A stretch of DNA of 51,947 nucleotides, filler included, from Sphacelaria rigidula (lineage: Eukaryota), in assembly GCA_964200075.2 (NCBI GenBank). It is 4 parts of 4 records of this genome, joined end to end, with 100 filler letters (N's around TTAATTAATTAA, not from the genome) between each part and the next. Parts side by side here need not be neighbours in the genome. Positions count along the whole stretch, not along the records: positions 1 to 12,914 come from CAXNAA020003312.1; positions 13,015 to 25,927 come from CAXNAA020003313.1; 2 more parts are not named here. One strand, given 5' to 3'. The notes beneath the pieces are model-generated. The model was not told where the DNA came from. It worked only from the letters and a program-made list of their open reading frames with translations, and did no database searches. The translations under genes were made by a program, and so were the position numbers. Every line of letters starts with the position of its first letter. Position 1 is the first letter of the stretch. Shown in pieces: positions 12,011-23,339 of the stretch.

Positions 12011-12690
12011 GCCGCGCCCGGGCAGTCTAAGTGGTAGAGCCCACCCATCGTACCCGGTTAGGGCGGAAAGTTGAGGCTTTGAATCCCGACATACACGGCT
12101 CTCATGGACACGATCCTCTGCTCGTTATTGAAATTGTGAGGGCGTTAGTATTTTGTGTTTTGTGTCCTTTTTATTCCATCTATTCTGGGTGGCCTACACC
12201 TTTCGGTGTATGTGGGCGTACTGGCCAGGACGACACAGGAGGAAGGTCACCCAGAGGTTTTTTTTTTTTAATTCTCCACGTTCCTTCTACGCTGCTTGCC
12301 ATCGATTTTATCGCGAGAAGAGTTCGGCCCGTGCCTTCCCTTCCCATCACCAATTTTGTAGGTATTGTAGTTACGTGGAAGTTTGTTTACTCGCGATACA
12401 ATCGCTTTTTTTATAAGGCATGCTGTGAGAAAAAAACTCAGCTCGTGTGACTTCACCGAGGGTAAAACGTATGCCATCACCTAACCGGCAGATTTTACAA
12501 GGTTTCCAGCTGGATTACCGGGGTAATCTACTATCGTTTGTAGCAGCGAAAAATGGATGCGACTGTGGAGAGAGCGGGTCTACTCCGCGATACCGAATGC
12601 CAGGCATGTCCCCCCGGGGGGGATACGGCTTGATTGATCCCATGCGAAGACAGACTCTTTCCGACGAAGGGGAGTGATGAAAATCATGAC
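12011..12690 (+). mobile_element. Long variant of tRNA-derived SINE family 2
   Basis: Head gccgcgcccgggcagtctaagtggtaga...ttgaatccc. The 3' part (12535-12690; ccgcgataccgaatgc...gacgaaggggagtg) matches the other copies, with extra internal sequence between. Confidence 0.45.
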
Positions 12691-12914
12691 CCAAGGGATA
12701 GAAAACATTATGCTTGAGCAAAGACCGCTTGTTGCATCTGGACGGTCAAATGATTGAAGACACCAGCTTTTGTCCTATTGTATCGTCACCATTGGGGAAG
12801 AATATTTCCAATGATAACGTTAAGAAAATGTACACATGACTAAACAAAACCAAAAATATCAAGGCTCCTCTCGGGAATATTCCCGTGATACCGCGGTATT
12901 TTTTTTAAATCGAC

Positions 12915-13014
12915 NNNNNNNNNNNNNNNNNNNNNNNNNNNNNNNNNNNNNNNNNNNNTTAATTAATTAANNNNNNNNNNNNNNNNNNNNNNNNNNNNNN
13001 NNNNNNNNNNNNNN
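12915..13014. other. Artificial contig spacer N44-TTAATTAATTAA-N44
   Basis: Exactly 100 nt with a six-frame stop linker. Confidence 0.98.
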
Positions 13015-13199
13015 CACCACAAAAAAAAAAAAAAAAAAAAAAAACGAAAAAAAAAAGAGAAAAAAAAAAAAAAAAAAAAAAGAAGGGGGGGGGGGGGGGG
13101 GGGGGGGCATATGGAGTGGAAGACAGCTAGGTACCGCCATACAGGGCGGAAAATGTATAGCAAGTATCATGGCTTGTCTTCGTTCCATGAGCTGTGCGT

Positions 13200-15095
13200 A
13201 TTGCGGAGCATGGCATCATCTATGTTGCCGTCGTCATGACGCTGTGAACACCCGAACCCGCAGCGAGCAGACGGCGCTTCGGTGTAGTGAGCATCGTCTC
13301 AAACGATTCTAGGGGGGCCGGGGTCGTCGAGGAATCGGGTGTAGTAGCAGTTGTTGGAGTCGGGATCTGGTAAGTGAATCTTGCTCAATCACCAAAGGGA
13401 GTCCAGAGCCTTGTACCAGAAGTACGTGCCCTTCGGTAACCGTTTTCTGCATGAAGAAAGCAGGTATTGCGCATGCGAAACAAGGCTATGAGCCAGCCAT
13501 GACGGACCACGCCAATGCTCCCGGGCCGCCGCGCCCTTCCACATGGACCTGTACCTTCGATTTAATGGACGGTGTTGCGCGACATCACCTACCCAGTATA
13601 GGAACTTTTGTCTACGAAAGTGCCGCAGATCAACTCACCTTTCCCACGTGACCCGCATCAGCCCCTTCCAATATGTTAGATACCCGGCCGCTAGTTCACC
13701 GCCACGGTCTCGGATTAGTTGATATCCGCTAGTATGATCAATCACTACTCGTTCGATTGGTGCGGTTGGATCTTCTGCTATGACATAAAAAGGTGGCGAC
13801 TTGGTGGCGTGCTTGGGCAATACGTACTGACTGACTCCTAATGGCACTAATTCGGGCATGTCAGTTATATCGTGTGGCGCGGTGCAAGATTCGCAGTGCA
13901 ACACAGACAAACTAGTTTTTGTCGGAGGCCCTGCCTCATCCGTGTGAAAATATACAAAAGTTTTTCTCTTATTCGGCGATCATCCGGTGCTGTGGCACTA
14001 GACCCAACACCTCAATTTTTACACGGCTCGGTCCAATTCAGGGACAGTTTCGCATTCAACACCTTATCCATTGAATCCTGTTCCACGCTAGGTCCTTGTC
14101 AAACAGTTTTCATATGATTATAAGCCCACACCCGTGCACCTACCTCCCAGACTGGGCCCTTCTGCATTTCCGCATCCAACGTGGCATTTGCACTATTCGC
14201 TTATGCTAGGTTGATTGGGTTCTGTTCACGAACCAATCTTATTCCAATCGCAGGGGATGGCTCAAAAGGTCGTGATATACCCTGATATCTCCGTCCAAAC
14301 TCTGGCGTCAGCCGGCGTTTCGGCGTTCAAATACCGTTACGGTAGCGCCGGCGTGCGGTTGGCGCGAAGGCTAGCTAGCTCAGTCCGCATCGTCTCCAAG
14401 TCGGCAAACGTTACCGAAGTGGCAGCCGCTTCGTTGGTGAACACGATGCGCACGAGGGCTGGAAACTGCCGGCTTACGCTAGACTTAAACACCCTCATAA
14501 TCACGTACTGGGTGAGTGGTAGTTCCCTTCGACCATCGACCGTGACCGTGACCGTGACTTGCTCTCGGAAACGTCGTAGATACTTATCGAAGGGGGTGCC
14601 TTTGGGTACGCGATACATCAAAACCTCTGCGATCGATTGGCCGTCGTAGCTGGAGTCCAAACTGAAGCTCAAAAGTCTGAAAAGAAAGAAAGCGTCATGA
14701 CCTGAGGTGCCGAGCGAAGGAGCTCGGGAGACTTGGATAAAATACCACCGATCATGCCAACCATGTGTGCTGCACGGGGGAGTCCGATACGACGGCATTT
14801 TCAGGAGCCCGTCGTAGGGGTCTCGTCCAACTGTCCAGACGCTCGATTTCATATTGACAAATTTCTTGTCGCGTGCTCATAGAATGTCGAGGGGTGTACC
14901 TGTGATTGACTCCCGTAGTTGGCTACAAGAGGCACTGATAATGGCGTTGGTATGAAAAGGTAGACTGAGTTGCATCGAGCGCACCTGGTGTACATTCAGT
15001 TGGAGATATGGGCGTTTTGCATCACCTATCTCTTTGGCACTTCGAGGTGAGGCCGGTGTTCCTGTGTCGGGAGCAGGTGATGGTGGAGGGTGGGC
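13200..15095 (-). mobile_element. Internally deleted, decayed Ty3/gypsy (chromovirus-like) retrotransposon
   Basis: Minus strand carries a gag-like ORF at 14337-14852 (YRVPKGTPFDKYLRRFRE...SRQFPAL), a GPY/F-like integrase tail at ~14020-14070 (LNAKLSLNWTEPCK), a chromodomain-like YLTYWKGLMRVTWER at 13635-13700, and a further C-terminal block (GTYFWYKA...RFLDDPGP) with stops. No protease/RT/RNaseH/integrase core or LTR was seen. Confidence 0.65.
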
Positions 15096-15450
15096 CGACC
15101 ACACCATCGTAGACGACCCCAGCACCCACCCTCCACCATTACCTGCACCCGACAAAGGAGCACCGACCTCACCTGCACGTGCCAACGAGATGAGTGACGT
15201 CAAACGTGCATATCTCCACCTAAATTTACGCCAGGTGGACTCGATCCAACCGAGTGTACCGTTTCACACCGACGTCAACGCCAGTGCCTCTTGTAGCCAA
15301 CTACGGGAGGCAATCACAGGTATTCCTCTCGACATTCTACAAGCACGCGCCGAAAAATTTGTCGATATGCAATCACGTGCCTGGGCCGACGGTTGGATGA
15401 GACCCCTACGATAGGCTCTTGGAATGCCGGCGTACCGGATTCCTCCCGGG
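14772..15450. repeat. Imperfect ~680-bp palindrome of two diverged gag-like 5' fragments
   Basis: ORFs 14877-15203(-) and 15034-15414(+) encode homologous peptides (SASCSQLRE[SA]ITG[TI]PLDIL). Loop at ~15096-15122. Confidence 0.9.
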
Positions 15451-18400
15451 TACGTCTTCCTTGTGGCCACGGATGGATTCCTTGCGGACTTGTTCATGTG
15501 CAACATTCGGTATACCACAATCATTCGATCAACTGATGAACCAATCAATCGATCAACCACGCGTGTACATTAGCGTTCTGTACTCAGGAAGCAGTAAACC
15601 GACACTCGACTTTCTGTGGCTTACGGTAGATCGTGTGGCGTGACCATGTATGCACGAACCAGGGATCGACCAACAAGTTCTAGTCGCCGGGTGTGTGCCA
15701 ATACCCTCTTCATGTGCTACCTATGGTTCGTGTGAAAAAAGGAGCAAAGAACCTACTTCTGTTGTCGTTCCGAGATGCTTTTTTCGCCTGTTTTGGTGCC
15801 TGAAACGCAAAACGTAGCACATACAACAGGTTTGCGCCGAAAAGCCCATGGCGAGAGATTTCATTTGATATAGGTATCGACAGGTGCGGCGCAACCCCAC
15901 CGCAGATGATAATCAAAGCGTCCCTCAGGATAGTTGTGATCTCCGCCCCTTTACCTGCTCTGGATCCAAATATGTCCAGGTATCATCTCGCTTGCGCTAG
16001 AAATTCCTGGTATTGTTTTAGAAAGCTCGGCAGATGATATTTCATCTGCGAGGTTATCCCAGTGTCTTACTGACGAAAATAGGTGGGTTTGGGGTAATAC
16101 GGGGGCGGATGCCATGCGACCGACGGCAACTAAAGGTAACAAACAAAAAATGGAAATCAGTGGTGTTACATATACCACATGCAAATCCTTGATAGTTGTG
16201 CCTCTTCCCTGCAGACATAGCAATCGGGCCCAATGAAGTCAACCCTGCTCGCCGCACCGGAGAGCGGAGTACTCCCATGAATGCGTGCTCGAGCTAGCTC
16301 GGGTGTCTCTTTTGGTGGTGCTGCTGGCATATTTCTACCTTTTACCACGGCAACATCGCGCACAGCTGGCATACCTCACCAAGGATTCATCGAACTACAA
16401 GATGCTGCATGGAGGCATCCACCCGTTGCTGACGGTCACCACTGTACAACAGCAATCTTCTCACGTCCCAAACACCACCACGCGTGCTATTGCCTCATTC
16501 TGTCTGTGCGACTGTGGGCAGTGCGCAGGTGCCGTTGGTTTGTGTCTGGCATGCGGACTCGGGCACCAGTCAGCGTGCCACCACACACGGAATGAGATTC
16601 GTGGCGACTAATGACATCATCGTCTTTATGCGGGTATACAGTCTCTGGTCGGTGAGGATGCGTCAACCTACACATCGTACTGGCAACAACCAACGCTGCA
16701 TAGAAGTGGTCGCGACGCACAGCACGCTGCTTGCTGCCGCTGCATGCCGTGTGGCGATGGCTACAGGGTGCGCTCATGCTGTTGGTTACCTCTGGCTTTT
16801 TCTCACATCCGGCAGCCTTTTCCTACATCACACCACGTATACAGAAGCTCCCAGTAATGTAAAGGTTACAGGAGATGGCACGTCCTGTTCATCATTTGTT
16901 CACTTCGATTTTCGCGCCGGGGGAGACCTTCATCGCCGAAGTACCTCGTGCTTGAAGTGATATCAAAGTACGAGTTCCAGCGCGACCAAAACCGTAGTGT
17001 TCCAACGGATTTGAACTGCAGAACGCTTTCAGCGAGGAGTGTGATCCCCGTAGTTTATTGTGCCATCGAATTTTCAAGTACAGCACGTAGGGTCTCTAAG
17101 TTTCCGGCCGGTGTCTCCACAGCCACTTATATCACAGCACCTATTGTGTGCGCGATACTGGCGCGTGTTGAGGCTTGCCTGCGGCGGCGGTGCAATATTT
17201 CACAACTGTTCATCGCGCCCTTCTCACGTCTGAAGAAACAGGTGCTAGCTGTCGCTCCTTTTGTTCGTCGTAACCTTCACTCTTTTGGAAACCCCAGTCC
17301 CACCCTCGAGTCAGGCGCCTAATACTTTCAAGTATCCAGAAGGGTGAAACGTTGACGAAAGAAACGACGGAGCGCAACCATGGTAGCGAAGGAAGGGCGA
17401 ATAGCATGTACTGAGTACATTCATGCAGTCACGATACGGAACACTGTACGCAGGCAGCGCTCAGAGGATAGCTGATACCGACCTCCACTGAATAAAGCTA
17501 CGTAACAGTCGTTGGAAGTGTTGACTCTTTTGGACCCGAGGGCTTGGTGCTACTACGTTACTATAATGTTGGCGCCTTGTTGAATTTGGGGTTGTTCTCA
17601 ACCAGTCCTATTATCAGAGTGTGGAGATCAGCGCTCAGCGACCAAAGACAGTTTTTTCTTCCGTTCACACAGAAAAGAGTGCCAAGGGAATGAACACATC
17701 AAGACATGCCCAACACTCTATTCAAGATATTCTACCGAGATCAACATGACACGCATATAGTGTTGAGATGGCATGGGTACGACGGGGGTATGTATCATGT
17801 AATGTTTAGTTTGAGATGGTGATTTCGTTGTGCGATCATTTTCATTTGCTTTTAGAGTATGGGAATGGCATGGAAGAATCCACGTTCACCAGCCCTCTCC
17901 GTCGACAGAACTAAATCAGAAAAACCAACCCGTTCAACATACAAACGCCAAGATGCAGCGAGGATATAGCGTTAACCGAGAGTACGCGTCGGCTGCAATA
18001 TGCAGCAGTGACAAGAGTCTGCCACTCCTCCGTACCTCATCCGGCCACGCCTGGCAGCAGGGTTATTGGGGGCAAAAGTCGCCAGTAACTACCGCACACG
18101 ATTTGACGGCAGCGTGGATTCTGTTGCGGCACATTTCTTCGTATATTCACTGTACTGTATTCTGCTTTGCGGCACACCCGTCGTTCGCTTGACTCAAGCG
18201 TACCTTATCAAGACATATCGTCGCTGCCCCGCCACCGAGCTGGGGGTCACGTCTGTGGGCGACAAGCGCAGATGTAGGTGGGCACATGTAGGACTCCGTA
18301 CTCTAACGTACGGTTCGGTGCAATCCTTGTCCTGTCCCCTACTCCTGCTTCACTGTACTGCTCCGGTACTGACTGCGACCGACGTGAGATGTATGCATGT

Positions 18401-18621
18401 ACTGCACGGTTTTTGGTGCGTGCGTCATTCACTTTGATTTTGTGTCAGTCTTGACAATACAGTCAGTATAAGTGCGCTTTTGCTTGTTAGCGAGCGTGTG
18501 GCCCAAATGGGCTGATAGCAACGACAAGCTTAGCTGCAACTCCCAGTTTTCAGCATCCAACCCACTAATTTCGTTTTTGCTCCTTGCCTATTGATACCGC
18601 CGCTATGCGAGTGTCCTCTAG

Positions 18622-18830
18622 GAACCAAGAGGCTACAAAGGCACTTTTTGCAAGCGTTCTGGTGACAAGAAGGACGGGTGTGCGACGTTCGTTCTCGAAC
18701 GCGCCAAGGGAAGGGGCGGAAAGAAGACCAGGAAGACAAACACCTTCAAGCATGCACATGACTGCCGACTGCGCGTAGCAAGGGAGGAGCATGTGCAGTA
18801 CAAGATAGATGGCCACCAAGTCTTGGACAG
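18622..18830 (+). CDS. ANGEL: Angel/CCR4-family EEP phosphatase, first recovered exon (EPRGYKGTFCKRSGDKKDGCATF...HQVLDR)
   Basis: tcctctag| acceptor. GY-x-G-x-F-x-KR-x-G-x-x-x-DGCA-x-F family motif. Ends in phase 2 at a GC donor (ag|gcaagg). Confidence 0.9.
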
Positions 18831-18906
18831 GCAAGGTTCAATCAAACAGTGCACGCTGTCTCCTGCTTGATCCGTTGAACGCCCTTCACCGAGAATATAG
18901 AATATA

Positions 18907-19501
18907 CTTCCTCTGTGCCATAAGTGAAGTCCGTTATGGGGAGCAGATCGTATATCGCCAACGGAGTTGCCCACGATGCTATAGTTAGGTTTTTCAAAAG
19001 CTGTTGATGTGCTGATACTGGCTAAAACAAAAAATTGAGCCAAAAACACTGAAAATTAGTGGGGTGAAATATGGCCAAACTCGACCAATTTCGACGACAT
19101 TCCACCATTTTCGGCAAAGTGTTGACTTTTTTGCCTGTTTTGTAGTCAAATAGAGGCAGCCATGTGACCAAGTGGTTTTGAACGAGGCATGGGTATCGTA
19201 CAAAGCTGATGAATTGGAGGCATGTGGTTATTTCGACGTTTTTTCGCGATTTTTGAAGTTTTGGGGGATTCCAATCTTCTTCGCTGTTTTCCAGAAACGA
19301 GCAAAACACGCCTTTTTGGGGGCCGACTGATCTTTTTCGGCAGTTCATGCATGCATAAAGGTGCGCGCTGAAGAGAAAAAATGTTTCGAATTTGAATCCG
19401 AGAAACACCGAAAAAAATAAAAAAAAATCATCGCCTCTCGCATCGGTGACGGTTAAGGGTCTGTGTAGTCATAACGACCTTTACTTTTGGCACAGAGGAA
19501 G
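18907..19501. mobile_element. Stowaway-like (Tc1/mariner) MITE, 595 bp, intronic
   Basis: TIR cttcctctgtgcca / tggcacagaggaag, extending imperfectly to ~40 bp, flanked by TA on both sides. Confidence 0.85.
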
Positions 19502-20076
19502 TAGTAGTTTATTTATCCCAATGGGACTCTTCGTCACGCTCTCTGGAAACTTCTGCCCAAACCCCCCGAAGTGCCAGGCCTCGGCGTTTTACCCTGATCG
19601 TGCACTGGGAGACTCGCTGTATTCGTTGGACACTTTCGAAGCTGCCCCGACATGCAATGCAAGATCATGGATGTCCAGATGTATGGTATATCCTTGTGTA
19701 TTACATGAGGCATACATGGACCATTTCAATAGTTTTCCCCCGTGGTATACGAAAACCACTGCCGTACTTCCTTCACCCTCGGCTTGCACAACTGTCAGGG
19801 AGGTCTCACGTTTGAGTCAAGATCTCCATGGCGAACTCAGGCTCGACCCGGGCTTGCCGTGCGTCATGTGCACGGGCCTGTGCCAGGTTCGCCTTCAAGA
19901 TATGCATGTGATAGCCATCTGAGACAGGTGTCGTCCGGCATGCTGTGCAATCCAGCTTCGTATCCCCGTCTGCACTTCACGTGCGAATATTACCTCTTGC
20001 CAAATGTAGCTTCGTGTGAAAGTGTCCGAGTCTTTTCGCATCACTCCTGGCGTGATATCCGTGATTGTAAAAACAG

Positions 20077-20433
20077 GGATAACGTGGCCCTGCTTGTGGT
20101 TGTGGATGTACTGCCTTCCGCCGCCGATTCTTCCCCCGAGACGTCTGCAAGGCCATCCGAGGAAGTCACCAGCGACTCTGACGCGGGGACATCGCTGCAC
20201 ATCCCCATGAATACGTGTAACATGGGCGAAGATGAAACAAAGCCGGAAGCGATTCCTACCTTTGCTGAGGACGGGATTGAGCGGTCCTCACAAGGTCGGG
20301 GTCCATCACGCATTGCAAAGAAACCTGCGGATGCGGCGCGTCTCGTGGTCGCCAACACACACTTGCTTTTTAATCCCAAGCGGGGAGACATCAAGTCAGC
20401 GCAGCTGATGCTCCTCACGCAAAGGGTCGAAAG
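20077..20433 (+). CDS. ANGEL: Angel-like exon (DNVALLVV...RLVVANTHLLFNPKRGDIKSAQLMLL)
   Basis: aaacag| acceptor, ag|gtgatc donor. Diagnostic NTHLLFNPKRGDIK motif of the Angel/plant CCR4-like clade. Confidence 0.92.
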
Positions 20434-20679
20434 GTGATCAAACGGCAGTCCCTGTCGTTCAGAAGAACGCACAGCAATGAGGGTACTCATAGTTCATTCT
20501 CCTGTACTGCAGTGGCATAGCTAGAGAGTCCCCCAGTCGTGATCCGCGACTCCCTCGGGCGATTTCTGCTCGCCATGTCGCTGAATTTGACCCCCGAGAA
20601 ACCCTCCTTGTGTGCTGCTCCCCGTTTGTGTTGAAATCTCCACGGCAATGCGAAACGTTCAACGTCTGCGGGGCGAAAG

Positions 20680-20799
20680 GCTAGCTAGGAGATCGGGTGC
20701 TGACGGAGTGCTTGTGTGTGGCGACTTCAACATGACCCCCGACAGCGCTTTGTATCACTACATGGTCAAGGGAGAGCTGGATGTAAATAATCTTAACCG
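20680..20799 (+). CDS. ANGEL: Angel-like exon (GVLVCGDFNMTPDSALYHYMVKGEL)
   Basis: Catalytic GDFN motif and cg|gtgaga donor. The acceptor could instead be the in-phase ctag 9 nt downstream. Confidence 0.9.
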
Positions 20800-21154
20800 G
20801 TGAGAGCATATGCGCAGTTTCCTGGTACGATATTAGTGAGGGTGGCCGGAAAGATCCCCGTGAGTTGAGAACGCGCTTGCACGTGAACATCCTTTGCTGT
20901 TGGCAGGTCATGGGTTCACTTGCAGCTGTGCACTCACACGTTCGTATCTCTGCTCGTGTTTCTACTCATGGCTACAGTGGACTGGTGGTCATAATCGAAT
21001 AATTACGACGAGCTTCTGGTCTTGCGAGGCAGGCGCGACGGCCATCCAAATCCCGCCTCCAGCTGATACGTCTGTCGTTGTCCCCTGGAGCGTGTCTTGC
21101 GTCAATCTGTCATCACGCCATCGATGTATGCCATCGTTCTCGCGTCTTCGGCAG

Positions 21155-21380
21155 ATGCGAAGTGAGTGGCCAGTGCGAGATGCAGCGGCACGGCGGGCGC
21201 CACGAACAACAAAAGGAAGTGCCAAACTGTGGAACGTTTGAATATCGTGTAGGCAACAGCAAACACCAGGGTAGCGGCTGCACGCTAGGATCATTCCAGC
21301 GCCCCCATCGTGCACCAGCCGGAGGTCCGGGTCGTGCTCATGGGCGCGGTGGCCGGGCTGGAAGGGGTGGACAGAGAGAG
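21155..21380 (+). CDS. ANGEL: Angel-like exon (CEVSGQ...RGGRAGRGGQRE)
   Basis: ggcag| acceptor, gag|gtgagt donor. Restores the LNRCEVSGQ family motif. Phase 2 in, phase 0 out. Confidence 0.85.
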
Positions 21381-21847
21381 GTGAGTGTGCACGCGATATC
21401 AACGCATACTCTGCAACAACGACGGCGCTGCATGTGACCAATGCATTCACCCACCGGAGTTCACAACACTTCTGTTGTGAGTCCGTCTTAGTTCCACTTC
21501 ACGTCTTCCCACCCACTATAATTCCTGCAACATGATGCAGATGCAATCAAATAATGGCGGCGGCATTTCGACTTTTGCTCAACGTAAATGTAATACTAAC
21601 TGCGTGTTGAGTTATTCGACAGCGGAAGGTTTTGCAGATAAAGCAGGACACGATGGCGCGACACGCCATGAAGAGCTCGACCCCCGCTTGCTTCATGCCA
21701 CAATCCATTGCCCATCTCTTCCTTTTTTTTCTTCTGTTGATCATCTTGCTCTTCACCTCTCTCCTTCCTCTTCATTCCTTCTCTACCTCTGTCTTTCTAC
21801 TCCCTGCCTCGCCGCCCTGCCCTTGTGTCCTTATATTTGCTCCTCAG

Positions 21848-22390
21848 CAGCAAAAACCGCAGTCGTCGCCACAGCCCGTCTGTTCCGCTTGTTCCCGCAT
21901 GCCGCCGCACGTGGCAGACATGCGCTACATGTCCGCCTCATCCCACACTTCCGCCAGTATGGCAAAACGTTGTCCCGGGGCCGGTGCGCGCTCTGGTGTA
22001 CCTCTTCCGCCCGGAATCGTTCGAGGCGGCGAGGAGCGCTTTGCCGTCATGGACCCCACTCCTTGTCCCTGCAATGAGCGAAATATTGTCCGCAGGGGTA
22101 CCGATCAGGCCCCCGGTGACAGCGGGGGAAGTTCACACGCGACAGGACGTGATGATCAAGGGTCAGGGAGCGTGGTTGACGGTGAAGCCGGAGGCGAGGG
22201 AGTGGAAGATGTTGGAGCTTCTGAGAATGTTGCCCCTCCCTGTCTGTGGCCGAACGGGGCCATTATGGGGAACTCACAGGGGTCGGGGCCTATGCATCAC
22301 GAGTTACGACTGAGGAGTGCGTACGCGCAGCAGGGAAATGCATGGAGCACGGGGGAGCCTGCTTTCACAAGTTATCACAGCCTCTTCAAG
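21848..22390 (+). CDS. ANGEL: Angel-like exon (...HELRLRSAY...GEPAFTSYHSLFK)
   Basis: Long pyrimidine tract with a CAGCAG tandem acceptor, aag|gtaagc donor. Contains the LRSAY and EP-x-FTSY motifs. Confidence 0.9.
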
Positions 22391-22896
22391 GTAAGCAAAT
22401 ATGCGAAGTCGATATACGGCGAACCCTTTCTTATATAAGAGATGCTATCTCTCCTCGGCTGCTGGCTGCATAGAGATGGACAGGGAAGCTCCAGAGACAA
22501 CCCATGCTTGCTTTTAATAAGTCACCTGTGGCATGAAAATTTGCAACACTTGCAGTGCAACCGATACGGTTGTTGCCTAAATTTTGTACAATCTTCGCGT
22601 CGCTCTGTCTTACGCTCTCTCAATGTCGGCGTGCTTGGCATTGCATTCATTCCTGTCGGTTTTGGCGTACACAAATATGCTTGGACCTGTCCCAAAATTA
22701 GACAGATTGTGGCATTCTGGGCATGGGCTTGAATGATGGAGCGATGGATTCCTACAACGCATCGCAACTGTTGTGTGTTTTCATCCCCTCGCACTCTCCC
22801 CATGCACGCGGATTTCACTGTCCTTGCTAACTTGCACTGGGATCATGTTTCGCGCCCCGCAAACACTTCCCTTCCACGTGACGTGGGCGTTGACAG

Positions 22897-23160
22897 GGCA
22901 CCGTTGACTACATTTTTTACGGACCGGGTCCATTGTCACCAACCTCTCCAGCGGTAGGAGCACCCAAGAAAGACAAGAGCTGCAGAGAATCAAACGCCGA
23001 GCGAGGCAGCGCTAGAACTCCGGAGTGTTTACGCTGTGTGGGAGTAGCGGAACCACCTTTGCGGAGTGACCTAGCAAAGTTTCGGGGAATGCCCTCTCCG
23101 GAGGAACCATCTGATCACGTGTTGATGGCGGCACGCTTCGAAATTACTTTTCCGCGTTGA
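22897..23160 (+). CDS. ANGEL: Angel-like terminal exon (GTVDYIFY...GMPSPEEPSDHVLMAARF...stop)
   Basis: gacag| acceptor. DYIFY and catalytic PSDH motifs, then TGA stop. Confidence 0.92.
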   Translation, partial: GTVDYIFYGPGPLSPTSPAVGAPKKDKSCRESNAERGSARTPECLRCVGVAEPPLRSDLAKFRGMPSPEEPSDHVLMAARFEITFPR

Positions 23161-23175
23161 AATCAGCGGAGTCCA

Positions 23176-23339
23176 GGCTCTGAAAGCCAAGTGTGGGCAT
23201 GCGATTGTTGATGAGCTGTGTGTCAACTGCCCGTGTACCTTGTCTGCTGGAGAGTAAGGCCCTGAAAGCCAAGTGTGGGCATGCGGTTGTTGATGAGCTG
23301 TGTGTCAACTGCCCGTGTACCTTGTCTGCTGGAGAATAA
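23176..23339. repeat. 82-bp tandem duplication in the Angel 3' UTR
   Basis: Two near-identical copies of ggc(t/c)ctgaaagccaagtgtggg...ctgctggaga(g/a)taa. Confidence 0.92.

Noticed and set aside
12959..12970. TTAATTAATTAA palindrome repeated three times at ~13-kb spacing
   Set aside because: Embedded in N runs; an assembly linker, not biology.
23210..23256. SECIS-like ATGA...AA...GA in the Angel 3' UTR after a TGA stop
   Set aside because: The required helix does not pair, and the TGA follows the normal C-terminal motif.
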